A stretch of 62,815 nucleotides of DNA, filler included, from Choristocarpus tenellus KU-1152 (taxonomy: Eukaryota > Protista > Phaeophyceae): the NCBI GenBank assembly GCA_964200185.2. It is 10 parts of 10 records of this genome, joined end to end, with 100 filler letters (N's around TTAATTAATTAA, not from the genome) between each part and the next. Parts side by side here need not be neighbours in the genome. Positions count along the whole stretch, not along the records: positions 35,623 to 40,066 come from CAXNAD020014530.1; positions 40,167 to 49,491 come from CAXNAD020003778.1; positions 49,592 to 52,335 come from CAXNAD020025118.1; 7 more parts are not named here. One strand, written 5' to 3'. Below the pieces are notes generated by a model, which was given only the letters and a program-made list of their open reading frames with translations, did not search any database and had not been told where the DNA came from. Numbering within the stretch: position 1 is the first letter of the stretch; every line of letters begins with the position of its first letter. The translations under genes were made by a program, and so were the position numbers. Positions 36,301-49,661 of the stretch are shown here, one piece after another.

Positions 36301-38749
36301 CTTGAAATTATGTGAATAATGTGATTCTATGCTGGGCGTGGTTTGCTCAACCAAGGGTGGCGAAAACAATCACCACGTAGAACGGACTAGATGAACAAAG
36401 ACGAACGGTAACCGAGTGGACAAGGTAAGGTTGGACACACACAGATGTGGAGAGTGGACAAGTGAATCACGCGAAAGACAGGAGGGAACTCCAATAAGGA
36501 ACACATTGGCCCTTGATAGCTCTGAAGAGAGTATGGTCTGTGGAACAGGTTTCTTGAAGGCATTGTACTGGAATCTGCGTACCTGAAGATTCTCCCTGGA
36601 ATCCTGATTCTGGACAAAAAACCCTCCAAAGGTAAGGCAGTGTACGGTATAGCAATAAATGGTATGATAACAGACAACCCTGCCTAGCACATCACCCCCC
36701 TTTTGATGAAATGCCATGCAACCATGATTCGGAGCCAATCAAAAATTCGTGAGGTCTGTGAACAAGATAGGAAATGGGCGTGACTGTCTTGATAGCATAT
36801 TCTTATTGCACCATTTGATTGCACATGGCTTGACTGGTACAAAATGAATGTGTAATACATAGATGAAAGAAGAACGTGGCATTATTAGATAATGCCTGAT
36901 CAAGATACTTGTAGCCAATAATAAGGTTGGTGGTATGTGGTCAGCATAGTAGCAAATTTACGAAATCTGAGTGTGTGTGGGATAAGAAAATAATCGGTCA
37001 GCGTAAATACGAGTTGAGGTTGTTGATATTGCGGTCAGTATACCATCGCTAAGCTCAGGGTTAATGTTCTGAGGGCATGCGAGACCCAACAGTGTGGGTC
37101 AATATAGATCTCTTCTACCTTGCACAACAGAGGATACTCAAGGATGAGGAAAAGAGGAGGAAACATGAACGCTTTTACGACACCACTTCTGTTGATGATT
37201 AGTGGCCCTACTCCTCCAACCCTAAGCCTCAACCCCAAACTGATCAAAGTTGCTTGGAGGTACGCCCACCAGTTATTCTCCTGTCCATTGCTTTCTTTTT
37301 CCAGCGGAAAGCTCCCCAAACATCAAACACCTTAAGAAGTCATTCGCTTCCTGCACATGCAACAGAAAATGAAGTTACAAACCATTCTCGCCCTGGACCT
37401 CACTTTCCAGGGCTGGGTATGACAACAGAGCCAAACCAAATGAGAGGTAGGCAGGTTTGAGCCCTAAGCCATCTTTCCTACCCTTTGCACTACACTCTAC
37501 TTCATTTTTTTATGTTCATTAAGAGTGTACGCAAAATTGATATTCCCCCTTTCCACATACAAATTGACTCCACAATTAAGCAAAGACTCTTTCTGTAAGT
37601 GTACAAAATGACGTCCTATTATCCTTTCTCATGATCCTTAAATGCTACCCTCCCTAGCTCTCAATTGTTTTGGCTCAACAACAACAGTACTACTACATAT
37701 TGGATGTGATACACGCTCAACCCCCCTAAACCATATTCGTTCTTCTTTTGGTCGGTTTAGTAATTTGATTCCTTAGAGCTTTCTACTGGACTGGGTATCT
37801 GCAACAGGTCTGGATGCGTAGTCGACTTGGTAAGAGTACTTTTTAATACATGGTCAGTTGGACCAGGGCTGAAGAGATATTGACGGGAACGGGTGATGAT
37901 TGTAAGAGTCTAAGTTATAAAGATACATACTTGCAACTTACATTCATTGGAATAGATAGAAAATAGAATAAGACGAATGGAATCAACAGGAGACGTAAAC
38001 CTTTTACCGATGGGGTCACCTGGGTAAGCCTAGGGCGCACACAACCTTCATAACAAGACTGAGCCATGGGCCCAGGTGAGATATTTTTTGATGGGACCAG
38101 GCCTGGACATGCTGAAATGTTACGAACCTGGGTTGTTGTAGACCGGTGTACAGGCTCTGTATTTAAATGGGGTGCTCTTGCGAAAACATCAGGGTATTGT
38201 TGATTCAGACCGGCAGTACAGTTTGAGTGGGGAAATGCATATCAATCCACAAATTTCTTTGCAGTACACCACAACATACATCACATGTATTGCCTACAAG
38301 CAACCCCTCTCATTACCTGGTGGTGTAGTGGCTGCTTCCTCCTCAGAGGGTCCCACACAAGGGTAACCCAAGCACTCAGAACCTCGAAGTTACAGGGATT
38401 GTGTTATCACGTACAACCAATATTGATCGTGCATGTATGAAATAATTGTTTACGGTAGGGATGTGTGGAGTACTGCATGGAAGCCACGAAAAATCTGTTC
38501 ATGTCAATTACCTATGCTGGTCAACCCATACTTGCTTTCTCTCTAACATATGCCATACAGTTATCCATTTAATTTTCAATAATATTGGTAGAAAATAACT
38601 TGGCTTGCTTCCAACGAAATCGGATGCTTGTATGGTTCCCTACTCGTAGGTGAACTTCAATGAAGAAGCCTGCTCATTCATTACTGCTCGCGTACGTACA
38701 TTATGCTCCAGTAATTCGCCTCCCTTTCCTCTCAGGATTAGGGCATACT

Positions 38750-39900
38750 ACCTAGAATAAATACCACTGAATCCTAGACCATCCACTGGGTCCATAAATA
38801 TGAGCATCCACAGACACGGCAAGGGTATACAACAAGCCCCGTAACCACACTTCACTGTTAACGTATCTGCGTCTTTTGCGGTCCTTCCCTGAAACAGCTT
38901 TCCTACCAATCAATCCCTTTGTCAAATGTCCAAAATCCGTCATTTTCTTTTCCTTATTTATGACCTCCAACCACTTCGCATGATTCAAGTTCAATGAAGC
39001 CTCCTATTGTGTTTCCATCCCCTCGATTCCTTTTAGAGAGGGTGATGAATTATGGTACTATTCCATGGTGTTCCTTGCATTGAGCGCAAGACACGTACGG
39101 TGAGGAATACCTTTCATCAGGAGGGTGGTCTACCTGAAAAATTGGGTTCATTGAAGAACGTGATAAGTGGCTATAGCGTCGCACAGTCCGATTAGTCGGC
39201 CAGCTCACCCAGGGCAGAAAGCACCGACTATTTGGTGATGAAAATAATGTAGTTAACAACACTTGCACGCCAGTGGGTTCCATTTTGTACCACTGTAGTC
39301 ACACAAGGTAAGTATCCCCTTGTAACAAATTACCACCACAACATAAACAAAGCAAGGTGAAGCAGCTCAGTTATTTCAACATAGTCGACTCGTCTGCTTG
39401 TCCAAACCAGCACACGTCATGTATAACCTAAATTGCTGACTTACCATGTCTAACCCAGGAGAGCCACCTAGCCTTGCCCTTCTCAAGCAGTCACTCTAAG
39501 CACTTCAATGACAATCACATACGTAAAATCATTGCGAATTCAGAAATATCTGGTCATTACGATCTTCATCACAATCCAAGGCACCAACAGAGCCTGGGCT
39601 GGTAGGAGTGCTTTCCCCTTACTGCCAGCTTAAATTTCTTTCTGGCATCGCTACTGCAGGTCAACATTTTCCCGTTGTGATATATGGGTAGGATTGTGTG
39701 AGTCACCTATCCTGCTGCCTGTCTCAGAGGTGGCCACTGCCTGAGCTCCAGCAACAAAGAATATCTCTTTTCCATGTACCATCTCAGGAGCCATGATATC
39801 TACCTCACCACCAACTGCAACCTATGACCAGCATATACTTTCCCCATCCACTGTCCTCCCTCTAGTTACCCATTCCTTTACCCTCAACACCATATCTCCC
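38750..39900 (-). mobile_element. Degenerate Copia pol remnant (protease-like and start of RT)
   Basis: RIGDSHNPTHI resembles WIxDSGAxxH. EASLNLNHAKWLEVINKE..GRKAVSGK resembles the Copia RT N-terminus. Many stops. Confidence 0.4.
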
Positions 39901-42162
39901 TCAACTCAACCCACAACTGAAGGAACCCCTGGGGCACAACAAAATACATAAGCTTCAGTTACACCACCACCTCCCTCTCCTCTCTCGGTGGTATTGAAGA
40001 TACTTACACTTGCAACAAAAGCACTTCCCCCCCCCCCCCCCCCCCACCAAAAGAGCCAACAAGCAANNNNNNNNNNNNNNNNNNNNNNNNNNNNNNNNNN
40101 NNNNNNNNNNTTAATTAATTAANNNNNNNNNNNNNNNNNNNNNNNNNNNNNNNNNNNNNNNNNNNNCAGCAAGCACTGAATGGACAACCTGGGCTAAATA
40201 CCCCCCCCCCCCTCTAAGATACTACAGCACCATGGAGAGGAGCGCCCACATACACAAGAACGCTTCACGCCACCAAAGGTGAGATTTATAATGAAATAAT
40301 TTCATACGTTTTAGTAGTTCAAAGCATACCCTATTGGGCATGGGAGGGGGGGGGGAGAGGGGTTGAGGAAGACACTGTTAAACATATCTAAAGTTTGCTG
40401 TGAACCAACTCAATGCTAAAAAGCCCTTATCTCTTCAAAGATCTAGACAAACCCACAGGCCCGCCACAGAAGTGCAAACAAAACACAGACACAGCTAGTA
40501 GCTGCTTGTCACTTAATGGAGGTGGAGGAGGGGGCGAAGGAGGGGGTGGAGGAGGGGGCGAAGGAGTCATTCGTCCCTCATCCCAAGTCGACTCAAACAA
40601 TACAACAAATGGGCTCTCAACAGATTCTTCAAAAGCCAACAAGGAATGAGGAGATGGGCACTATTATTTAATCTCCAATGTCACAAAAGCACACTCTCCT
40701 GTTTAGACACTGCTGCGCCCAAGACTAGTCCATTTTTTTTTTCTCATATAAATAGAATCATTACTCTCGCCAATTACAGGCAGGAAAATAGTGATACACA
40801 TTACGAAATTTAGGTACGGGTTTCTGAAAGGGTGGCAGGGTTTGAACAACTGCTGAAATATCCCCAGCCCCCACAAGAGCACCAGTCCATACACAAAAAC
40901 ATGTGAGCGTTTGGTAGGTAACTTCTTATCAAGTCAAGCGAAATCTCCCCCAAGACCCCAATCCAACAAGTAGCCCCCAAGCCTCTATAGGATCATCCAT
41001 GCTCTACAAACTCCTTTGATACTGACTGCTCACCTAATGCCATCCATCCTACAATATAAAACCTTCACGCCTCGCTCTATGCTCATTTTCTCCTACCAAA
41101 AAAATCTACATCAAAATGTACTATTAATACTGTATATATCTACTACCTACAACAGCAATGGCTGTTGATCTATTGGTCGAAGTGCAGGGAGGCGATTGGT
41201 GGCAAGCAACAAAACACCCATCCTCTTCACTCCCTCTCCTTATCCTTGTCCTCCTTCAGAGAGGCATAAAAACATTGCACCAGCAAGCACCACAGCCCCC
41301 TTTCAATATGGTACCTAAAACCAATCTTCTACTTAATTATGGAGATGATGGAAAAAACATCCTCAAAGCACAATAAGGCATTCATAGTGTCCTTGTACTG
41401 CTGTGATTGACAATACTCCATAGATGTAAATTTATGTGTATTTGTAAATGTAGCAAAAGGGCCCAACACCTTACCTACATCAGAGCAGCACTAATTCTTA
41501 AAAGAGAGATAGTAGTTTTGGTCCATATGACCACTGACAAGCCTTAGACGGTATCACTAGCGTATCGTACATTCCACAAACACACACACACCCTTAATTG
41601 ACACTATCTTCACACTGCCCACGGTGTATCTACATAGTACCATAGGGTCCTACTGTCCAATGCATCTCTTCTTTTCCATTACATCACTCAGCAATTGCAG
41701 AAATTTTCCCGTGTACTCAAGAAGTATTGCCAGAAAAAAAAAATACCCTTCTTCTGGCACCAGGAGGACAAATGTAACCCATAAACCCCACAAACTCCTC
41801 CTTCACCAATCATAAGTCGTACCATGTCAGAGGCACATTCTAAACCCTTTCCCTCCAACAAAGTTCCTGGTAACACTACAGAACCTCAGACAACAACCTT
41901 CCCCCCTCCCCCCATCAGCACACTTGTTGCTACACCAAGGAAAGGTGATGCAAATGATACTCAACTTGCATCAGGCTGTAAAGAGAGCAGGAAAGTACGA
42001 CCCCTGACATGGCCAAAGACAATGGGAAAGAATATTTTTTGCAATATCTAACAAGAGGACATACACATCCAAAAATTACTGAAAGGTATTGGAAAGTGAG
42101 AGTACTTACATGTTACTTGTGTTGTGCATGCCTACCTACAAATAAACATTTCTACATCTCAC

Positions 42163-43190
42163 TTTGAGAAACACAAGCATTCGGGGGTCAGCAGCAGTCA
42201 CATCATGTGCCTCCACCACATCCGGTCGCTGCACCAGCTGCTTCAACTCCGCCACTGACAACCGGCTCTTTAGTTTGCGTTGCTTCCTAGAGAGTCGATT
42301 TCCCCCCTCCCCCCCCTCCTCATCCGAGTCTGATCCCTCTCCTTCTCCCTCCCCCCCTCCCTTGATGCCACCTGCACCCCCAGCATCCCCCGCTTCTGCT
42401 CCATCCTCTGCTTCACCTCCCCCAACCTCCTCATCAGCAATTGTGGTAAATCGCTCAAAAATCTTCTTGAACTCCTCGAGCGAGGCGTCATCCATCTGTG
42501 CTCCATTGAGAACAGAGTCATTGTCTGCTATATACTCCACCTGTGGCAGCACCAAATTATCATCACGTCATTTGTGGTTGTGAGGGCAGCAGGGGGGGTT
42601 GGGAAGGGACACCAAGATTCAGAGGATATATGAGTAGAGTATGGGCAAGTTTCTACCACCGAAACGAGGAATTAAAGAAGGTAAGTGTGTCTGAAGAATA
42701 AAAATGCGATTAAAAGGTTTTCAACTGGTAAGGTTGTAAGGTATGGGACGAAAATATTTCAACTCTATTGGAGTGATGGGAGGCAATAATGCTCTTCGTC
42801 TTGGTTCGCACAAAATGCAGCCTCAGGAAAGCAATACAACTGACAAGAGCGATAGATACTTGAGACTTCAGTTTGAACTGCATGCTAGGGTTCATCTTCT
42901 CTTAGTACCAGAGGGTGAGGGTTCAATGACTTCACCTGCACCCGATCCACGGTTTCGGTTCGTCCAGGCGCAGATCCACTAGGAATTGACGTCGGTGGTA
43001 CGGTACCATTGGCAAGGGACTTCTCTTCAACAGACCCAACTTGCTTAGCTTGCTCGATCTTTTTTAGCTTGTTCTTTTGTCGCCTTTTCTCATTCTTTGT
43101 GAGCTTGCGTGGTTTTTCAACGATTACATCTTCACCCCCTTTGCCCTGAATTCCATTCTCACTCCCACCGTTCATCAGGATCTGTGCCAT
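42163..43190 (-). CDS. SF3B2: Splicing factor 3B subunit 2 (SF3b145/Cus1), first two exons
   Basis: Exon 43190-42936 (ATG to ...DRVQ, donor GTGAAG) and exon 42540-42163 (VEYI...EEFKKIFERF...LSRKQRKLKSRLSVAELKQLVQRPDVVEAHDVTAADPRMLVFLK). These are hallmark SF3B2 motifs. Confidence 0.95.
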
Positions 43191-44128
43191 GCTTACAATA
43201 CACGAAAAATCTTCGTCGATTTCAGGCGGTGCACTTCCAACAACTGGAAGACTTCAAGAAGTCCCAAGTTGGTGTGTTGATTTTTTGGGGGGTACCGGAG
43301 TCTACACTACTCCACCGCCCCCAGCACAAAATCTTTCACAACACGTTATAAAGATGGTCCCACCCTCCTTTCCAGAAGGATGAGGCCCTGAACTTACAGC
43401 AATAATCTGACTTCCTTGGTGTCAATACTAACTCCTCAACAACGAAAATTGCCAACCCCTGTCCACTCTCTACCATTGTTAAGTGTATCTGAGGGACCTA
43501 AACCGACCGTTCTTTATATTTCCGACGATAATATACGACCGACGTTTAACTAGTGAGTGGATGTGTGGAAAGACACATGACGTAGTCCAAATATACGCCC
43601 CCGTATCAAGTCTTAGTTTGAATTTGTGAGAACTGAAGGTGACATTCACTTGTTCAAGACAGAGAGTGGTAGTGTCAGTTTTAGGAAAGAACTTGGTCCC
43701 AGAGGAGGCGTTTCCATTCCCCCTGTGTTATCCTGGCCATTGGCCTATGGATCGCACGCTCGGTTGGGTCGCGATTCTCCCTTTAAATCTTCGCCTCTGT
43801 ACTGCTCAACAAACTAGACCCCAAATCACATTTCGAATTGTAGTCCTCTTGGTGTGTCTCTTAGCTTTCCGTCGGGGAAAGTCTATCTTCTTACTCGCAT
43901 CATCGAAGGTGGGCAGGTGGATCGCGTTCGCTAAACGTAATGTAACCATTTTAAACGTTTCTTCTTTTCCATTTTCGACAAATGTCACTTCACTCCACTA
44001 TGAACATGCTACACTTTCCCAAGGTCCACTCCTCTCTTGGGGTGGCTTCCTCGTGTTGATATTCGCAGTAGCGGCCATTGGATGTATAGTAGTGTCACCG
44101 TTTCTACCCGTTGTTATATCCGCAACAT
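43191..44128. promoter_or_regulatory. Probable shared divergent promoter region of SF3B2 and the BTB-BACK gene
   Basis: About 940 bp separate oppositely oriented ATGs on one contig. The stretch has no obvious repeat and retains CpG. Inferred from position only. Confidence 0.45.
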
Positions 44129-45811
44129 ATGGCTGAAACTCTTGATGGACTCTCTAAGCCCTACGAGTTGTTTCCTCTCCTTCAGATATTGGCACCCCTT
44201 TCTCCCTTGAGGTCGTGGGGACGCAAGCGGATCCGCAACAACCGTTGTGTGATGCATACGCCAACACCACGGCGGTGTGAGGTCACTGAAGATGAAGAGG
44301 AAGGAAAGGATCTACCAGCGTTCTTGCCCACAACGCTGGTCGCTACCCTTGGTGAAGGTGGACGCTCAGCTGCATTTCAAATGCTGCAGGAACTGCGGGA
44401 AGAGGGGTCGTGTTGTGATCTGATCATCTCGGTTGGGGAGCAAAGCTTCAAGGCCCACCGTTGCGTGCTGGCGGCTCAGAGTCAACCTCTGAGGACTATG
44501 CTCCAAGAGGGAGTGCTAAGAGAGGGCAAGGAGAGCATACTTACACTAACTGATGTTGATCCTGGAGGTTTTTCCCTGCTAATGGATTTCCTTTACAATC
44601 GCAGGGTGGAAATAAGTGTGGCCAATGTGGAAGACCTGCTAGATCTTGGGACCCGTTATGCAGTGAAACACCTACGCCTACGCTGCTGTGCCTTCCTCGC
44701 TCGTTCAGTCAACCCGACTAACGCCTGCAACCTCCTTGCCCTCGCTGACCGGCATGACTGCCATCGCCTGCGCAGGGACCTTCTGTCCTATGTCCTCAAG
44801 GTGCTTTCCTTCCCCGTGTGTCCTCTACCCATATTACTCTCCCGCTACTTCTGACTGCTTGCACGCATGCACGTACATACACACACAAGCATCCAAACAC
44901 AAGCACAACAGTCCAAACACTGATAGCTGTAATTGTTTCCTCTTTTTATGCCTTCTTGGAGGCCTATTTTGAGTTGTCCACCACTAATATTGCATGCTTT
45001 GTATCCTGTGTTGTGCGGTTCCAGCTTCTCCATCACACCCCTCTGGTATCCCATAGTGTGCTTATGTCACTATGACTTTTGCTTAAGGGCCGCTACAGCT
45101 TTTGCACTCTATGAATTGTACCCTCATAAGGCATAAACAGCAGCAGTGCACTGTTTTTTTAAGTGCAGCAGCTCATTTTGCCATGAAAAGCTCATAAAGA
45201 GCAATGGTACAATACTTTTATTTTGTGTGGCAACAGCTCATACATTCATGTTGGTATAATATTTGTCCTCCACACCAGGTCCTTTTTATAGGTAGCGATC
45301 TCTTTTCTGTCGTGTTGGCTCATTAACCCATCTCCCATAAAATTGCAGCTGCTATGGTTCATGCGGGAACATTTTCACCTTTCTCCAAACACATCCAACT
45401 ATTGCACGTAAGAATTATAGCACCTCTCATCAGGTCTGCTCAGCACCTCTCTCGTTCCTTCTCCCCTCCCCTTAACCCATCTCACCCCACAACTCAATTC
45501 CATGCTTGCCCCTCTTGGTCTCAACAGTTCTTTATGTGTGCATGCAGAGACACTAGTGCAGAGGAGGGCTTCTGTCTCCTTCCCGTCGCCCTTGTGGTGG
45601 AGGTCCTCAGTGATGACCGCCTGAACGCCCAGGAGGTGGAAGTCTTCTGGGCTGCAGTGGCATGGATAGGGTTTGAGAGTCTTCGAAGCAATGATGCTGG
45701 ACTTGTGAGAATATTGGTTTGGGTGTAGGGATGTTCAACCCAACTCATGCTCCTACCCCAGCCTCCTTCAACTCATCCGTTCACTCTCTAGCAGCAGCAA
45801 CCAATGAAGTC

Positions 45812-45842
<31 letters not shown>

Positions 45843-46989
45843 CATAGTCATGGTAATAGTAAGTGTTTGCTTGACTGATCCCCCCACCATTGATGTGATA
45901 TGTGAAGGCTTTTGTTATCGTTTGATGTTTGTCCCTAAATTCAACTTCTGGTGTACATTGCACCATCATGCGATCAAGCCATGGAACTTACCACTTCTCT
46001 TTCTTCATTCATTACCCTGTTTATGTCCCTAAACATTCACCTTACAACCCCCCCCCCTCCAACCAATATGCTATTCTGAGCCTCTTTGACCCCGCCCTCA
46101 TTCGCTCTCTCTTACACATGGTGATACCCAGGTACTTCCACATGTTCGGTTTGGGCTGATCTCAGCAGAGACCCTGGCAGAGACGGTGGAGAACCATGTG
46201 ATGTTGCAAGCAGACATTGGTAGGCGTTTTATCCATGAAGCATACAGATACCAGGCTCTACCAGAAGGTGCTGTGAAGGAAAATTTCCTTTTGTCGATGG
46301 AGGCACGATCTAGGCCTCGCTCTCCATCAACTGGGGTTGCAGGGGGTGGAGATAGGGTAAGGGAAAATGGCGAGGGAAGGGTTAAGGGAGGTGCATTACT
46401 GGGTTTGGCAAAGAATGGCTTAGGTGCAGTTGTGCCTTGGGAATTCATGAGGGATGGGGATGAGGAAGAGGAGGACGAGGAGGTGAAGGGGAGGGGGAGC
46501 TTGGGGAATAAGGCGAGACGAAGACGGGGTAGAGGGAATGGAGAGATGGGTGGCTTGATGACCAACGATTATGAGTATGGCCTTGATGAAGCTTCAGACG
46601 TGGTTGAGAGGGAGGTTGTCCAACCACAGGAGGAAGTTGAGGGTGAAAGAAAGTGTCAAGGGGTTGATGGGAGGAATGGACTAGAGTTTAGGGCAGAGAC
46701 AGTGCACGTGAGGGTTAGGCAAGGTGTGGGAGCGAAAAGCAAGAAACAATGTAGTAGTTCTTGGGTAAACAAGGAGGTGGGAAGATGGTTGTGTACAGAT
46801 ACTCCCTCAGTTGAAAAGGGGAATAGCAGGAGCTTGCTTGGACGAACGTGTGCAATGGAGGCCATGGGTGATGGGGCTGGTGTAGGGGCGCCACGATGGA
46901 TGTGGGCTGAGGCAGCTGCAGGAGCAGGAAAAGCAGGGCCCACATTGAGAGAGGATCAATGTTCACCGAGCTCTCATGCTTACGTGTGA
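44129..46989 (+). CDS. BTB/POZ-BACK domain protein
   Basis: Exon 44129-44800 (CDLIISVGEQSFKAHRCVLAAQS..LLMDFLY..CCAFL..NACNLLALAD), exon 45528-45704 (EVLSDDRLN..EVEVFWAAVAWI), exon 46132-46989 (VLPHVRFGLIS..FIHEAYRY then a low-complexity tail). Start and 3' end are uncertain. Confidence 0.88.
45812..45843. repeat. (TAG)n microsatellite in the BTB gene intron
   Basis: About 10 TAG units. Confidence 0.9.
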
Positions 46990-49661
46990 TGAGAGTGATC
47001 TGTGTTGTTGTTGCTATCTGCTGGTTGTGCTTCTGGACCTTGTGTATTTGTGTATAGTGTGAACTATGTGACACAGCACCAGAGCTAGGGGGGACTTTGG
47101 CTTCACCTGTTCCGCCAAGCATAGGCCCCCTCTTTTTTTGTATCATACCACGTGCTTTTGCAGTTGCATGTCGACTGTAAGGGGTGATTGCCAATGGTTG
47201 CCTGCAGGTAAGGATTGCGCTGGCTGTGACAAGGTTGTTGTCAGTTAGGCATTGAATTGAGGAGATTCTTTACGACAGTATACATACACATCAGGGCGCT
47301 TTCCACCAGCACCATTTCTCCTCTCTGAAATTGCAAGAGACAATAGGAAATGACTGATCTCCGTCGTAGAAAATTATTCTCATGGATGTCCTATTGCCAT
47401 CAACTACTACCTCGACCCTTTTTCAAAATCGTATCAGTGAGTACTTCGAGAGATGAATTTGGGTGGTAAGCTCTGCAACCTAGCGCGGTGTAATTCTTGG
47501 GAGTAAAATAAAAAAGAATGCAAGTGGACCAATCAGCTTCGATAACAGCTTCTTCGCTGGTCGATAATGGTTCTACACTCCCAACTTTTTTTAGTTAATA
47601 GAAGCATAGAGCCTGGTGGCCCCTGACTGATCTGTAAATTCTGGAATTCTGGGAAGTAAGAAATTGGCACTTGGCAGAGCGGTATATCTCTGCGCATTTG
47701 CCCTGAACGAACAGTAAAATCGATTCCACATACACACACGTCAATCGGTTCGTTCAATCGGTTCGTTCTTAGTCATGCATTACATCCGACTGAACTTGAA
47801 TCCTATTTTCAAACTGCCACACTCTTCTCTTCTGGAGATGTAAGTGTTCTGAATGACGGTATTGTCCATACCTCCTAAATCCCAAAATGCAGAACTCAAA
47901 AGGAGAAAGTGCTTCGTTGTGGAAACGTTTCCTTAATTTTGATTGGATAATCACGGGAGATAAGGTAGAGATTGAAAGAGGTATCTTGGCGGATCCTACC
48001 GATTGACTTGGAAGTTCACCTGAGACAGGCCACTCTGAGGGAAGGATAATCGCATTGTGATCTGAGTAAAGATTTTGCTCGAAACTGCTCGTTTGAAAAA
48101 TCTCTCGTCCTACCTGTTACACAAATATCGAGTGTGTGATTGTGAGTAATATTTACTGTCTGTGGAAACACTCTGAAGGGCACATTTTTTTCCAGGGAAA
48201 ATTCCTAGTGTTCTGGTCGTTTGTTGTGTTTGGTGCAGTATGTTGGCACCATCCAGGACCAAATGACCTTTGTATTGTTGTGACCGCTGCCAACTACTGC
48301 TCACATGCAGGGTGGTTTAGAGGATTCACTCTTCAGGTTCAGGCACTGGATATTTTTAGTGAACGTAAAAATTGTATTGTGTAGTACTACATACGTATGT
48401 CATATGAATGAAGAAGTTATACACTGGGAGTATTAAGGATTAATAAATACATGCATGAATGCACATGATGACAGGAGGAGTGCCATCCATCCACATGACT
48501 GGTTTAATTCCTTCCTGGTTGCTGATTGTGCCCCCCTCCAAGAGGTGGATCGTGGCTGACAAACTTTAGTTGACATGAGATCTTAACAGCAGATGAAATG
48601 AAGTCTTGTAGTATTATTACATGGACAAAGTTAAAGCAATTTAACTAATGTGAAATTGAACAAAAAGGGATACTTCCAAGATGCTACATTGACGAAACCC
48701 CTTTTTGAGCATGTAGAACTCTGGTGTGTTACACTGGTAGGACTGAATATCATCATCAATGCATCGCTGTAAGGTGTCAGACCCTTTTCATTTCGTTTGT
48801 TGAGTACTTTCTCCTGCCTGATTACCCTTGCTTGTCTATAGCAACACTCACTGACTTTCCGTTGCTACTCTGAACATACCTGCTGCCACTCTCTTGTGTT
48901 CCTTCACACTCACTCACTCGATTGATACTACTAGGACTGGCACGTGCCAAGGATCACAACAAGAGCAGCAGGGCACGCAGTTCATCAACAGGAACGGGTA
49001 GCAACCATTCTATCTTGGAGGGAGGTATCTTCGAGTAGTTGGAGCTCCTGTGACTGCCTTCTAACACATACCATGTGCTTCTAGCACTCTTAGTGGCGAT
49101 TTCGCGCCTACATGGATGAGCATTGATCTTCTCTTGTACAGGCACAACCTCTTTAGGATAATTATATCCATTGGAGGCACAAGAATGGGACGTCAAGCAG
49201 AAGGTTTAAAAAACTCTGAATACTCAAAAGGGCATAAATTGACCCCACCTCTACGACGCAATGGCTCAGTAAATGTGACCACAGACATTGAGGCATGCAT
49301 GTTTTAAACACACAACAATTGAAATTTTTAAAAGATGAGCATTATATGAATGGTATGACTGACAGTCATCATTACTCAAAGTTTCACTAACTTCATACAG
49401 CAGGAAACTTCGCACTAGCCACAATATTTTCAAGTTTGTGGGAAAGGGTATACCTTGAAATGGTCACACCAACGGGTCAAAGTATCTGGGGNNNNNNNNN
49501 NNNNNNNNNNNNNNNNNNNNNNNNNNNNNNNNNNNTTAATTAATTAANNNNNNNNNNNNNNNNNNNNNNNNNNNNNNNNNNNNNNNNNNNNCAACACAGG
49601 GGGCGGCACAGGCGACAAAAGCCACCCCCTTGCTATGGGAGCAACTGCCATGGTGTTCTCG

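Noticed and set aside
35623-38700. Isolated exon-like AG...GT segments (e.g. ~37776-37829)
   Set aside because: No recognisable protein and no consistent exon chain.
43639-44136. 165-aa hydrophobic ORF upstream of the BTB gene
   Set aside because: Non-ATG start, no recognisable motif, and it lies in the probable promoter/5' UTR.
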